From positions 62,001 to 126,000 of the forward strand of contig JAQGDQ010000569.1 of the NCBI GenBank assembly GCA_030141605.1: a stretch of 64,000 nucleotides of DNA, in the 5' to 3' direction. How positions within the stretch are numbered: position 1 is the stretch's first letter; every line of letters starts with the position of its first letter. The translations under genes were made by a program, and so were the position numbers. Below are positions 49,201-62,030 of the stretch, in pieces. The notes beneath the pieces were generated by a model. That model was not told the DNA's origin and searched no databases. It saw only the letters and a list, made by a program, of their open reading frames with translations. This DNA comes from Tubiluchus corallicola (Eukaryota > Animalia > Priapulida).

Positions 49201-52200
49201 ACAGACTTTGCAATTGAAGTTAACTGCTAAATTTTTGTTACTGATAAAATAATGAATGAAATATAAAACAAAAAACAACTTTTTGGGTTTTTGTTTTGTC
49301 ATACAGAAAATGGTAGTTGATACTAGAGGTTCCTTTGTTCCAAAAAAATGGCGAAAATGGACTGTAAAAAACAAGTTCACAAGACCAAGAGTTCGTGTTG
49401 AAATGTTTTTATCAGTCATTGTAAACCTGATGTGTTAAACTTAATAATTTTCAGGTTGAATTGTTGGCGTTCGATGGCAAAAAACACCAGAAATTAACCC
49501 ATGCCTCGCAGAGAAGTCTGCTCTACTGAGCTTTAGCTGCACTTACTAGCACTAGCATGTGGATGACATTAATGAAAACCCGTGATACACAAGAGATTAG
49601 TTTGATATGGATCTGTACATTCAAACCCGAAAGATATAATGAACAAACAATGCACCTGGCGTTGGTCTGGATGAAAATCGTAGCTTTATCATCATTCTCT
49701 TACGGTTCTAACAAATTTGTTAGCTAACTGATCTGGTATATTAATTTCGCCGGTAAAGTTTTATGTACAAATGGATTACGGACATATAAACTCCGCTGTT
49801 AGGGCACAAGTGGCGCCGCCGTGGTTGCAATACAGGTAATCAAGCAGTCGTTTGTTTTAGAAGTCACGGGAGTAAACTACGGAGATATTTACAGCTATGT
49901 ACAGAAAAACATTTAAAGAGAAGCTTGTCAGATGTTCTAGGTTTTTTGAAAGAAGTAAAAAGATACCACCTGCAGAGTTTAAAACATACTCCTGCTGGGC
50001 CAATGATTGGTCTTAGCTACGCACAAAAACCATTCACAGAGAAGTTTGGAGGTTCTAGGTTTTTTGAAAGAAGTAAAAAGATACCACCTGCAGAGTTTAA
50101 AACATACTCCTCCTGGGCCAATGATTGCTCTTAGCTACGTACAAAGCCATTCACAGAGAAGTTTGGAGGATCTAGGTTTTTTGAAAGAAGTAAAAAGATA
50201 CCACCTGCAGAGTTTAAAAATACTCTTTAGGTCTTTAGGTTATACATTTGGTGACTTTATGGTACGAAAACACTCCATTGCAAAGCTGAGCCTTTCCTTG
50301 TAGCAACAGGTTAACATATTTTAGGTCACAGCCTTTTTCAAGTGTTTTGTGACCTAGACTTCTGACCTTGAAACTGAAAATCGTCCTCAATCAATAGGCG
50401 AATGCCTGGGGTCAATTATTTTGCTATAAAATGCGTCAAGCGGCTTTTCCCAATACCATACCCTGTAATCCGACATTTGGGGTCAGGACCTCAAAATCGA
50501 TAGGGTTTTTTCTCGAATGCTGATTGGTCAATTTGTAAAATAAGAGTTTTGGGTCTGTTATTTGGGCTTAAAGACATCGCCAAAGCCTTTTCAATTACTG
50601 GGCCTTGTGACCCTGACCTTTGATAGTCTATAGAGTTCTTCCTTTATTGATGGACGACATATACGAGAAAGAGGTGAACTTCCGAGTCAAAGAATTTGGC
50701 CTCAAGCTTGTCAACAGGGCGAAGCGGAATTATGGACAGACGGAGGGACGACAGCACAAGTGGGCGCGTTACTAGAAGCTGTCAGGGGACAATAATTAAA
50801 GAACGAAGGCTACTGTTCTACCAGTATTGATTATTCACGGTTTCACAGCTACTCATTGCGTCTGTTTTGCGGGGTCGCTGCTAGTCGTATAGTTATTATC
50901 GTCACAACCACGGCAGGTAATGTGGTAACGCAAGTTGAGCAGTCTGTACTCTGTAGGCATCTGCTGACACTGAATAAACTGCAATAAAGTGATTCTTACC
51001 AAGTGCAATAAAGTCATAAAAATGACCACTCTGAAAATGAAAGAATATAATGACCACACTGAAAGAATGTAAATTTCATTGTTATTAGCATGACACTGAT
51101 CATAGACAGTAACACAATCATAAATCAATAAGATCATAACTATTGTTCAATAACGAGGATAGGCCAGTCTAGGCCAGACTGAACTGAACCATACGGTTTA
51201 CCACCTTCATGTCCAATGCCACTCCGCGGGCGGGTGCTTCCTTCGTGCGCGGTCAGCGATATGTTCAGCCGAAAGCGCTGGGAGCTAGTCTGGCCATCTG
51301 CAAAAGCAAGTGGTTGCGATGTAGTGAATGGTAATCCACTAAAACAACCGTTTGATGCGTGTATACTGTACCGTTTTGAAACAGGTTCCCAGACATTGGA
51401 ACTACGCGTTTTCAAATGCTTAACGCTAAATTGTAAATTACAAGACTCTATATCAAGTTTGAGAGAACAGGACATTTTTCACATACTTTTCTTGGTACAA
51501 AACCAGGGCTGTGGAGTCGGAGAGGATAAAACTTTGGGTTTTGAAGTCTGGACTTGGGAGTACGCTTATTGCTACAGGAATCGGAGAGGATAAAACTTAG
51601 GGTTTTGATGTCGGGACTTGGGAGTACGCTTATTGCTACAAGAGTCGGAGAGGATAAAACTTAGGGTGTTGAAGTCGGGACTTGGGAGTACGCTTATAGT
51701 TACAGGAGTCGGAGAGGATAAAACTTTGGGTTTTGAAGTCGGGACTTGGGAGTACACTTATTGCTACAGGAGTCGGAGTGGATAAAACTTAGGGTTTTGA
51801 AGTCGGGACTTGGGAGTAAGCTTATTGCTACAGGAGTCGGAGAGGATAAAACTTTGGGTTTTGAAGTCAGGACTTGGGAGTAAGCTTATTGCTACAGGAG
51901 TCGGAGTGGATAAAACTTAGGGTTTTGAAGTCGGGACTTGGGAGTAAGCTTATTGCTACAGGAGTCGGAGAGGATAAAACTTAGGGTTTTGAAGTCGGGA
52001 CTTGGGAGTACGCTTATTGCTACAGGAGTCGGAGTGGATAAAACTTTGGGTTTTGAAGTCGGGACTTGGGAGTAAGCTTATTGCTACAGGAGTCGGAGTG
52101 GATAAAACTTAGGGTTTTGAAGTCGGGACTTGGGAGTAAGCTTATTGCTACAGGAGTCGGAGAGGATAAAACTTTGGGTTTTGAAGTCGGGACTTGGGAG

Positions 52201-55200
52201 TAAGCTTATTGCTACAGGAGTCGGAGAGGATAAAACTTAGGGTTTTGAAGTCGGGACTTGGGAGTACGCTTATTGCTACAGGAGTCGGAGTGGATAAAAC
52301 TTTGGGTTTTGAAGTCGGGACTTGGGAGTAAGCTTATTGCTACAGGAGTCGGAGTGGATAAAACTTAGGGTTTTGAAGTCGGGACTTGGGAGTAAGCTTA
52401 TTGCTACAGGAGTCGGAGAGGATAAAACTTTGGGTTTTGAAGTCGGGACTTGGGAGTAAGCTTATTGCTACAGGAGTCGGAGAGGATAAAACTTAGGGTT
52501 TTGAAGTCGGGACTTGGGAGTAAGCTTATTGCTACAGGAGTCGGAGAGGATAAAACTTAGGGTTTTGAAGTCGGGACTTGGGAGTACGCTTATTGCTACA
52601 GGAGTCGGAGTGGATAAAACTTTGGGTTTTGAAGTCGGGACTTGGGAGTACGCTTATTGCTACAGGAGTCGGAGTGGATAAAACTTTGGGTTTTGAAGTC
52701 GGGACTTGGGAGTACGCTTATTGCTACAGGAGTCGGAGTGGATAAAACTTAGGGTGTTAAAGTCGGGACTTGGAAGTACGCTTATTGCTACAGGAGTCGG
52801 AGTGGATAAAACTTTGGGTTTTGAAGTCAGGACTTGGGAGTACGCTTATTGCTACAGGAGTCGGAGTGGATAAAACTTTGGGTTTTGAAGTCGGGACTTG
52901 GGAGTATGCTTATTGTTAGAGGAGTCTGTGTTAGAGTCAGTAAAAAAAAGACAAACTCAAACTCCAGTTAGTTTTAACTCATTTATGCATAACGTACCAT
53001 TTTGGGATGCTTTCTCATTGGTATCTATGCAGCTAGACTGTTTTTCGAGCATAAGAAGTAGTGATCATAAATACCACTGTAGCTAAATATTGAGAATACT
53101 ACAAACTGTTACCAGGAGTCGGAGTTAGAGCTTTTAAAATTTTAGAAGTCAGAGTCGGAGTTGGACCTAAAATTTTAGAAGCTGGAGTCAGAATCCGAGT
53201 TGGATCATCTAAAATTTTAGGAGTCGAGTCAGAATCAGGAGCTTAATGTACCAACTTCACAGCCCGGTGCAAAACACAGAATTGTGGTTTTCTGTCACAA
53301 AAGTAACTTCAGTCATTTTATCGAACCGCAACTGTAAGTAATTAGAACAACAAACCGCTGATTGGTTTACAAATGTTTTCGCCACGACTTTTTCTTGTGC
53401 GAAGAACCGCTCGTTAAAAAATACGATCAGGAGTCAGGTAAACATTTATCATTGCCAATAAAGCTGCCATACAGTTTATATGATATAAAGACGTCTTACA
53501 GTTCCAATATCTGGGAAATGTTGAAGTATAGAAAGTCTTTATCCGTTGCAAAATGATTTGATCTTTGCTGAACTGTCTTATCACTCACTGAATTGAACTG
53601 TACTATACAAACTGTATTATAAACTGAAATAGCAACACGTTATCATGAGAATTTAAACCAAATGACGCAATTGTTCTGAGACACTGCATACGTCAGATCA
53701 CTGTTGTGTGAATACGAATCAAAAAATTTCGTTAAGAATAAACCTTTTCACAGTTCCAGCGATTGATGATGATCGTGAAAAGGCCAACAGTTGAGTGTAC
53801 CAGACAACGCATTTGTGTACACTTGACAACGCCTCGCAGTCGAAGTTATTGTAATAGTAACAGTTTTAACAGCTAGCTAGAACCTTGCTTAGTTCATTTT
53901 TTGTTGTTCCTAAGCAAGATCCTGCTAGTAAAGCACTCCATGCACGGACTAATGCATAATCAAGTCCATGGAAAACAACTGGCGTTACTGAACACATGCT
54001 GCAGAGGGCTTTGCTTTATCCGAATGTCACATGACGATGCTGTGGTACAATTAACCTTTGACCTACAGCAACTGCGTGCGCGCACAACGAAACCGTGAAA
54101 AGGCTTATTACGAAGCTGCGCCGGGCAACGCCGCTTTGGAAGGCTGACCGAATTGGCAAAATCTTAGAACAACTGCGACACGGGTTTTGTCTGTAGTAGT
54201 AGACCACACTGAATGACTGGAAACTGTATTCCTTGATTCTGAAAGAAAGGCATCATGTGAAAAACATGTTTGCATAGCATGCGGTGTGATAACATGAGCT
54301 GCATAATATTAGTAATAACAACTCAACGTGAAAACCTTGTCAGTAGATTTAACTGAACTATTTAACAACCTGCTTTCATTAAAACACGTGAAGCTGAAGC
54401 TACTGTTTTACAAATATCTGTGTTAACAAATTTGCTTCTAATTTTTTAACATTTACAGAGAAATGAAGTGCTGAATCAGCTGTAAACTTAATTAAGTTCA
54501 TCTCAAAAGGGAAATCCCCCTTCCTCTTCAATGTCTTAGCGTACGCAACTAAAATTCCCTGCATTTAAAGTCATAACTACATGCAATATTTACAGTGATC
54601 TAGCGTAAAGAAATATTTAACACTAACAATGCACAAAAAATGGTCAATATTTGTCATTTGGCACAACAATGCGTTTACTTTTAATTTCACAGTAATTGCA
54701 ACATGTTCGCAACGCACGTCACTAAACAATTGCTACGCGACAGTACGTTTACATTCCGATGCAACTATCTGCTTTACCGAATTCATACAATTTAGCCAAC
54801 AGTTTAGAAATTGCACCTTTGCATGCCGTGTGCTCACACTCACAAAGACTTGAACATTCCAACACACACGCTGTTACTTACACTATTACTCTATACATAA
54901 CAATTAAAACATTTCTCCAGTATATTCTTCATGAAGACATTTCAAAAAATGAACTTATTTATCAAAATAATAAGTGCATGTTTTTATACTGGTCAACAGA
55001 AATTGCGTTGCCTAGGCAACAGACAAACAGACTGAAAACAAACAATGAAAGTTTTAACAATTAGCAATCTGGAAAACATTAATTATTGTAATGATTAAAA
55101 TGGGTTAATTGACATTGTGAAATACGTATTTTTTTGTAAATTACAGGCTAAGACATTACAGGCCGTAGACTGTTGACATATTTATTTACAAGTATACCTA

Positions 55201-58200
55201 ATAAGAGATAGTACTAGGCATGTATGAAACACGTGATGTACTGCAGCGCAAAACGATTTAACATGACATAGACACTTACGGTGCCGAAGCTACTAAAGAT
55301 GCTGCGTAATTCATCCTCCTCCGTGTTGGGGTCGAGTCCGCCTATGAATACTTTCTTCACTGGTTCCGGACCGGCGCGTCCCTTGGCCCGCTTAGGGTCA
55401 ATCTGACGTCCATTCAATGTGTGACTTGAAGACAGCACCTGTAAAAGAGGTTTTTCTTAAAAACGGGCGTTGTGGTCTTATGAGCATGCACTTTTGTGGT
55501 GTATCCGTATCGTACTATGGTCTGACCCATGCGACTCAGTCCATCACACTTATTGCAGGTACAAATATTTTGATCCATTACCCCTTCTCAAGGTGATATA
55601 TGCATTAGACGCCACAATATATCAGACTGTAGTTCAGCAAGCTAGACATGTCTCTGTTACATTTAAAATTTGACTTATAATTATACTGCTACCTTTTACT
55701 GACATTCTGGCTTTTTCTCGGCTCAATATTGGACCAACAATGTATGTATGCATTTTTAGCTTTTTAGTGTAACGTAGTAATCTGGAGCACTTATTTTTCT
55801 AGCACTTATTTCAGTAGTTTTATAGAGGTAGTAATTGTAGAATAAAGAAAATTTGTACTTTTTGCAGAATAAACTAACATAGATATGGGAATGCAACTTT
55901 GGTCTGAGCGTATACATTACAACACTGTTACAAGATATATGAACGAAGTACATTGAAACTGAATGAGTAAAAACCTAAATTTGCAAATTTAATAAATCAT
56001 ATAAAACAAAACTGTTCTTGAATCTCTCTGTTCTGCATCTAGGCAAAGGGTATTTTAGACAGTGGCAAGTGCTATATTGTGAGTACGGTCATCTGGCAAT
56101 GGAGTGTGGATTTTATTATTGAAATTTTGAATTGATAGGAACAACTTTTTGCAGGAATTTTGGTTCCGGTTTTACAAAAGTTGAAGATTAGCCAAAATTA
56201 AAGTATTTGTGTGGTTTTCATTTGGAAAAATTATTTTCAACGAAGGCTTTTGAACTTGTCAATTTCTAGTAGAGCATTTGCGTGGTTTTCATTTGGAAAA
56301 ATTATTTTCAACGAAGGCTTTTGAACTTGTCAATTTCTAGTAGAGCATTTGCGTGGTTTTCATTTGGAAAAATTATTTTCAACGAGGGCTTTTGAACTCG
56401 TCAATTTCTAGTGGAGCATTTGCGTGGTTTTCATTTGGAAAAATTATTTTCAACGAAGGCTTTTGAACTTGTCAATTTCCAGTGGAGCATTTGCGTGGTT
56501 TTTATTTGGAAAAATTGTTTTCAACGAGGGCTTTTGAACTCGTCAATTTCTAGTGGAGCATTTGCGTGGTTTTCATTTGGAAAAATTATTTTCAACGAAG
56601 GCTTTTGAACTTGTCAATTTCCAGTGGAGCATTTGCGTGGTTTTCATTTGGAAAAATTATTTTCAACGAGGGCTTTTGAACTCGTCAATTTCTAGTGGAG
56701 CATTTGCGTGGTTTTCATTTGGAAAAATTATTTTCAACGAAGGCTTTTGAACTCGTCAATTTCTAGTGGAGCATTTGCGTGGTTTTTATTTGGAAAAATT
56801 GTTTTCAACGAGGGCTTTTGAACTTGTCAATTTCTAGCGGAGCATTTGCGTCGTTTTCATTTATAAAAATTATTTTCAATGAAGGCTTTTGAACTTGTCA
56901 ATTTCTAGTGGAGCATTTGCGTGGTTTTCATTTGGAAAAATTATTTTCAACGAGGGCTTTTGAACTTGTCAATTTCTAGTAGAGCATTTGCGTGGTTTTC
57001 ATTTGGAAAAATTATTTTCAACGAGGGCTTTTGAACTCATCAATTTCTAGTACAGCATTTGTGGTTTTCATTTGGAAAAATTATTTTCAATCAAGACTTT
57101 TGAGCTCGTCAATTTCTAGTAGAGCATTTGCGTGGTTTTCATTTGGAAAAATTGTTTTCAACGAGGGCTTTTGAACTCGTCAATTTATAGTAGACAGCTG
57201 GTATGCTGTTTCACACTCAGTAAACATACTAACTCTCGCGCTACAGAAATGTGTAATATTTCTTACTTAATCTCCTACATACCTACTAAAAGACATCAAC
57301 ACTCCTTTAAAATCATTCTCTTTCAAACGCATGATTTGCAGAATAACATATTTAGTTAAATAAAATGCTAAATTGAAATAACAATACGACGACTAGGAAT
57401 TCGACTCTAACAAGTTTTTTAGTTCGAATTCGATTCGAATCTAAAATTGTCAATTCCAATAATTCAGCAATTCAGCAGCCACGTACATTTCTTATCATTA
57501 AAACATTTGAAACTTCATGCAATTAGCACAATTCAGCCATGATTTCTGTGTACAATTTTTAAATAAATTATTCGTGATTTAGCTGCAGAACAAAATTGAA
57601 CAATATGCATTTAATCTCTGTAAGACCAGCTTTACTAGTGGCTCGAAAATCTTTCAAACAGATTTAAATTTAAAATACTAAAATTCGATAGTCACAAATT
57701 CAATTCGATTTGAATTCGCTTTTTGGTAGCAATAAACGACTGCTGTAGCAGTGATGATGACAGCAGCAATGATAACAACAACAATAAAGCATATTACACC
57801 TAGTGCAGAAAATTGTTTATTTAAGCATCTATTAAAACAGCTATTGGTCTACAAACTCTTCAAATGAAAAACAAATCTATGATCAACTTGCAGATACTCA
57901 CAGTGGAGATTACGTCTTTATCCTCAAACTGAATAAACGCAAACCCTCTCGACCGTCCTGTGTTGGGATCTGTCTTTAGTATCACCTTAGAAACGGCGCC
58001 ATATTTGGAGAAGTAATCATTCAGATCATCTAAACAAAGATCTAATTCATCAGAGCAGACACAAAAAAGAATTACTTTCTGTTCTACCTCATGAGCTCAA
58101 AACATGTCAGCTGGGGGAGATTTGTACGTGTTTAAAGCTGAATCATGGAATATTTAAAATCAGTTGAAATCAAAGTTTATTTCCCACTGGTTAGCAGAAA

Positions 58201-59694
58201 CGTTTTAAATTTTTTTCAATGCACGTTTTTTCACACTTTGTCTTTTAGTTTTGCATTACTAAATTAATCGCATAATTATCGATTTTTGTTTACTCTCATT
58301 TTTGTATTATGGACGTATACGTTCTGAGAATTATGGTATAAGCGGCAACACTACTCGGCCTTTAATATACCGACTTAGCGGAAAATTCGATAGTTTTTTA
58401 GCCTCTAATACAAAAAGCATCATGGCAACCCTGGCTAAGTGTTAGCCGTGGAAAAATATGGCCGCATTCCTCAAAAAAAGATGTTATAATAATTATTGTT
58501 TACATTTTAAATTAAAAAACACGCTTTCATACGACTGCGTCGAATAAGCACATGAATGTACAAAAAAATGATAAAATATATTACGTGGGTGATTAGATGG
58601 AAACAGAAGTATTTTTGTCGGCCTTAATCTTACAATTTTTTTATCTAAACAGTATTGTATAGTGTGCTGGACGGCTACAAATACTGTAAATACAACCTAC
58701 TAAACAAACACGTTGCTACCTATGCACAAGAAGTGTATATTTCGTATGCAAAATAAAATGTCATATTCAGCATTAAAAATTAAGCGGTGTAATTTTCATT
58801 ACCTTGAGTTGTTTCCCAGCTTAATCCGCCCACAAACAATTTTCTATAAAAAAATGATACATTTGAGGCATCCATGGTAATTCATTGTTTTAATGCACAT
58901 AGCTAAGCTTCCTACGAAATTTAAGACTTCGTTATCATTCTGTTCGAGTACATGCTGTCACAGGTCTTTCTCTGCTTTATTTGTGATTGTTGAAATGACA
59001 TCACGACATAAAATAGCATAAGAAATATAACACAGAAAACAAGAAATTTCATCTCACATTACTAACAAGTCACTTGAAAACTTAATATTCGGATTCTTAC
59101 GTGCCATACTACAGTAGACACCGCTTAATAGACTCACTTTCGGGTGGAAGAGCTTTTACAGAATTAACAGACTGAATCTATTATCTGACGTGTAGCAATA
59201 TTTAATATAGAAGTAAAAGTCAACGCTTTTCAGCTTGATATACAGAATGCAGGCAGATTATTGCCCCTGCATTGGTGCCAGAACAGTAACTGTTAACTGA
59301 TTAAACATTCTATGGAAGTATCAAGAACTTCAAAGGGAATGCGATTAAAAGCTTAGCTTCCACAAATTCTTGGGCAAGCATGTTAACTGCAGTGGACGAG
59401 GGGGAGACAGATTAAAAAAAACCCACTAGATTAGCATATTACCGCATGATAAACATACTTGCTTTCAAACAAGACGTGAAGATATTACCGCAAATAAACG
59501 CACAAAAGTGAAGATAAAATAACATAAACGTACTAAACGTTCTTTAGTATCACGCACGAGGAAGAATGAATATGATTATGATGAAGGCTTCCAGCCTATA
59601 CAATATATCCTACAACTACAAGTAAATGACAAAATTAAATTAATTTTTCTGCTTACTCCTCTGAGTCACCTCCTGAAGACTGGTAATAAGACAT
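45615..59694 (-). CDS. hnRNP A/B / hnRNP D (squid-like) RNA-binding protein, paralogue B; 8 coding exons, ~286 aa
   Basis: Minus-strand exons at 59694-59657, 58843-58803, 58029-57902, 55438-55280, 48065-47934, 47509-47407, 46852-46655 and 45676-45615 total 861 nt in frame. Motifs are KLFVGGLSWET, RSRGFAFIQF, KVFIGGLDP and KKTFAFVTF, then an RGG/Gly-Tyr tail and SRGGYHPYK*. Internal exon sizes 41/128/159/132 equal those of paralogue A. Confidence 0.92.
45986..46568 (-). mobile_element. piggyBac-derived non-autonomous element containing a (CA)n tract
   Basis: TTAA|CCCTTTCACTACG ... CGTAGTGAAAGGG|TTAA perfect 13-bp TIR; minus-strand Cys-rich remnant (CLCLSCKGRKTVDCCP...ACF) resembles the piggyBac C-terminal domain. 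Confidence 0.8.
49900..50225. repeat. Tandem repeat, ~118-bp unit, ~3 copies
   Basis: TCTAGGTTTTTTGAAAGAAGTAAAAAGATACCACCTGCAGAGTTTAAAA occurs three times. Confidence 0.85.
51504..53267. mobile_element. hAT-type MITE containing an internal 64-bp satellite array (~22 copies, ~51513-52920)
   Basis: CAGGGCTGTGGAGTCGG ... CCAACTTCACAGCCCGG termini with 8-bp TSD T(A/G)CAAAAC; unit GGAGTCGGAGAGGATAAAACTTAGGGTTTTGAAGTCGGGACTTGGGAGTACGCTTATTGCTACA. Confidence 0.8.
56205..57195. repeat. Tandem repeat, 71-bp unit, ~14 copies
   Basis: GCATTTGCGTGGTTTTCATTTGGAAAAATTATTTTCAACGAGGGCTTTTGAACTCGTCAATTTCTAGTGGA. Confidence 0.93.
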
Positions 59695-59699
59695 ATTTC

Positions 59700-59980
59700 T
59701 TGTGAGCTAAGCAAAGTTAATCTTTTTATCACCAATTTGAACAAAGACAAAATATGCAAGACCACACAAAATGGGCGATTGCACAGAGAAAGTAGTCCGG
59801 TTACCGGTGGTTCCGCCGCCCCGCACATGCCCGGGAATTTGATTCAATGGTTTTTCATTTTCTTTACTACGCCTAGTCGCTCTGTGGTTACAACGAATCA
59901 TATTTTACTGAGTTACGCTTAAAAGTTCATTTCACTTAAGTGGCGTTTATGTACCTTGCAGATCCGGAAGCGTTTTGGGT
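59700..59980. promoter_or_regulatory. Probable bidirectional promoter region for hnRNP paralogue B (-) and HERC-like gene (+)
   Basis: Local GC/CpG rise just upstream of the paralogue B ATG (59694), with a YY1-like AAAATGGGCG, GC-box-like CCGCCGCCCC and ETS-like CCGGAAG (~59965). The HERC CDS starts 2.3 kb away on the opposite strand, after an acceptor-like site. Confidence 0.45.
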
Positions 59981-60570
59981 TGAGGAATAACTAAAATCAG
60001 TTTCTATTGTTTTCAATGTCAATTATTGATGTTGCCGTTGCCATTGTTATGTGTAACTAGTACTAACTACATTACTTTGTGCGTATCTGTAATGTTAATT
60101 GTTGTTATTTTTTCCTTTTTTATAACTTATGTGTATCAGAATGATTAAGCATTTTTTATTGTCACTAAATCCTTACACAATTAACGTCTTAACTTTAATT
60201 CCTGATATGAGACTGAAATTATTCAGTAACATTACGATAAATGCATCCATTTTGTCAACTCAGTTTAATTGTTCCATCAAACCAATTTCTAAATGGGAAA
60301 CTCCTTGCTAACTAGTAGGCAGATTAATTATTTCAGATAATAGGTAATTGTAGCACAAGCTGATACTATTTAGCTGCGTCTGTGTATTGTCAGTATGATA
60401 AAAACAAAGCTATCAGTAACTCTCAATTTCAACACTTAAGTTAAACAACAGGTACAAGCATAGTTCAATTCAAACCCATTGTTTTTTTTATTTCAAAAGT
60501 CAAAGATTAAGGTTGCGATATTGACCAAAAAATTTTGTCCATTGAATTGCAGGTGACCTCACGTCTTCAT

Positions 60571-61001
60571 TAGGGATGAGCATTCTCTACCAGAAAGCGA
60601 ATTCGAATCAAACCGAATTTGTGACTTTAGAATTAAAAATCGAACTGAACTTCAGTGTTTCGAAATCGAGTTGAGATCGAAAGATTTTCGAACAAGTTTT
60701 CGAACCACCAGCAAAAATTAGTCTTATAAATATCATGCATCTCACTAGATTTTGTTCTGCAATAAAACGACTAGTAATTTGTTTAAAATTGTGTGCAGAA
60801 ATCACAGCTAAATTATGCTAATTGCATGATGTTTCAATCGTTTTAGTAATGAAGAACATGTGTGATTGAAGTGCTGAATTATTCGAATCTATAGTTTTGG
60901 ATTCGAATCGAATTCGAACTAAAAAAAACTCGTTCGAATCGAGTTCGAGCGTTCGATTTCGATTCGAACGTTCGAACTCGAACGTTCAATGCTCACACCT
61001 A
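60571..61001. mobile_element. TTCGAA-rich hAT-type MITE, intact copy (other copies ~19798-20110, ~27550-27890, ~57394-57730)
   Basis: TAGGGATGAGCATT ... AATGCTCACACCTA with perfect 8-bp TSD GTCTTCAT. Confidence 0.85.
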
Positions 61002-62030
61002 GTCTTCATATGCAGGCTGTTTTATTCCCAAAGACAAGAACACATACTTAGGTTACTTGGAAATATTATTATGAGTAAATGTTATGAGGTTACATAAGAT
61101 ACTTGTATAATGGAAAGCAACGCAAGATGGCACACACAGTAATCATCTCTTAACAAGAAAACGCACTGCCGTTACTTACGCACAAGCAGTACTATTAACA
61201 CAAAACCCGCACACAGGCATGCCAGGCTGTGCGTTTTCAGTGAGTGCCCTTGTAACTGTGATATCAATTCAATACCATTATTTTGAATTTCTGCGCTAGT
61301 TGCTGTTGTTTGTTGCTATTGCATGTATCTGACCGACTCTTGCCTAAACCATAGATGTAAAACCTCGTCGGTTGCCACGGCTATTTACAGTGCGAAGATC
61401 ATGGTTATTGCTATAGCCTGTGGGATTCATGGTGATGATGTTTTAGTTAACGGTTGTCCTAATTTTCTTGTTACATCTCCAACGGCTGCACTTTTACTCA
61501 GCGCACTGTCTTCGCTATACAAAATATTCAAAAAGGGGTCTGTAAAATTACGTTCATATCTATTTTGGCTGCAGACTTTGCTTTGTATGTTATTGCTATA
61601 GTATAAATTTTCATTAGACCGTATCTGTTAAGTACAGTGTATATAATGTTGTTGTTATTTTTTGTCGTTACGATGTCACTATGTACAAGTCCAGGTTCGT
61701 TTGGAGTATTTATTGAAAGTGTCGAACTTGTGTGTATTATTCGAAACAAGTAGCACCAACTACCGTTTAAAATTTGCAAGTTGACAGTGCACACTTCAGC
61801 CAATTGTTGCAGTATAACTATAAATTCTATAAGTATAATCTCTGATTAAATGCTTTAACACATAACTGCATTTGATTGTGATTTGGTCAGCATATTTCAG
61901 AGAAGTAACATTTTTGTCTGCATTTTTTCTCTTCTGGAATATTTTCAAATGTATGTAATGAAACAATGCTTGTAAACTATGATTTCTGCCATTCTCCAGC
62001 ACTTGCTCTAGTTGCTGAGGCATATGAAGA

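Noticed and set aside
51540-52900. TTAGGG within the 64-bp unit as interstitial telomeric sequence
   Set aside because: Only one hexamer per unit, often TTTGGG; not a tandem telomeric tract.
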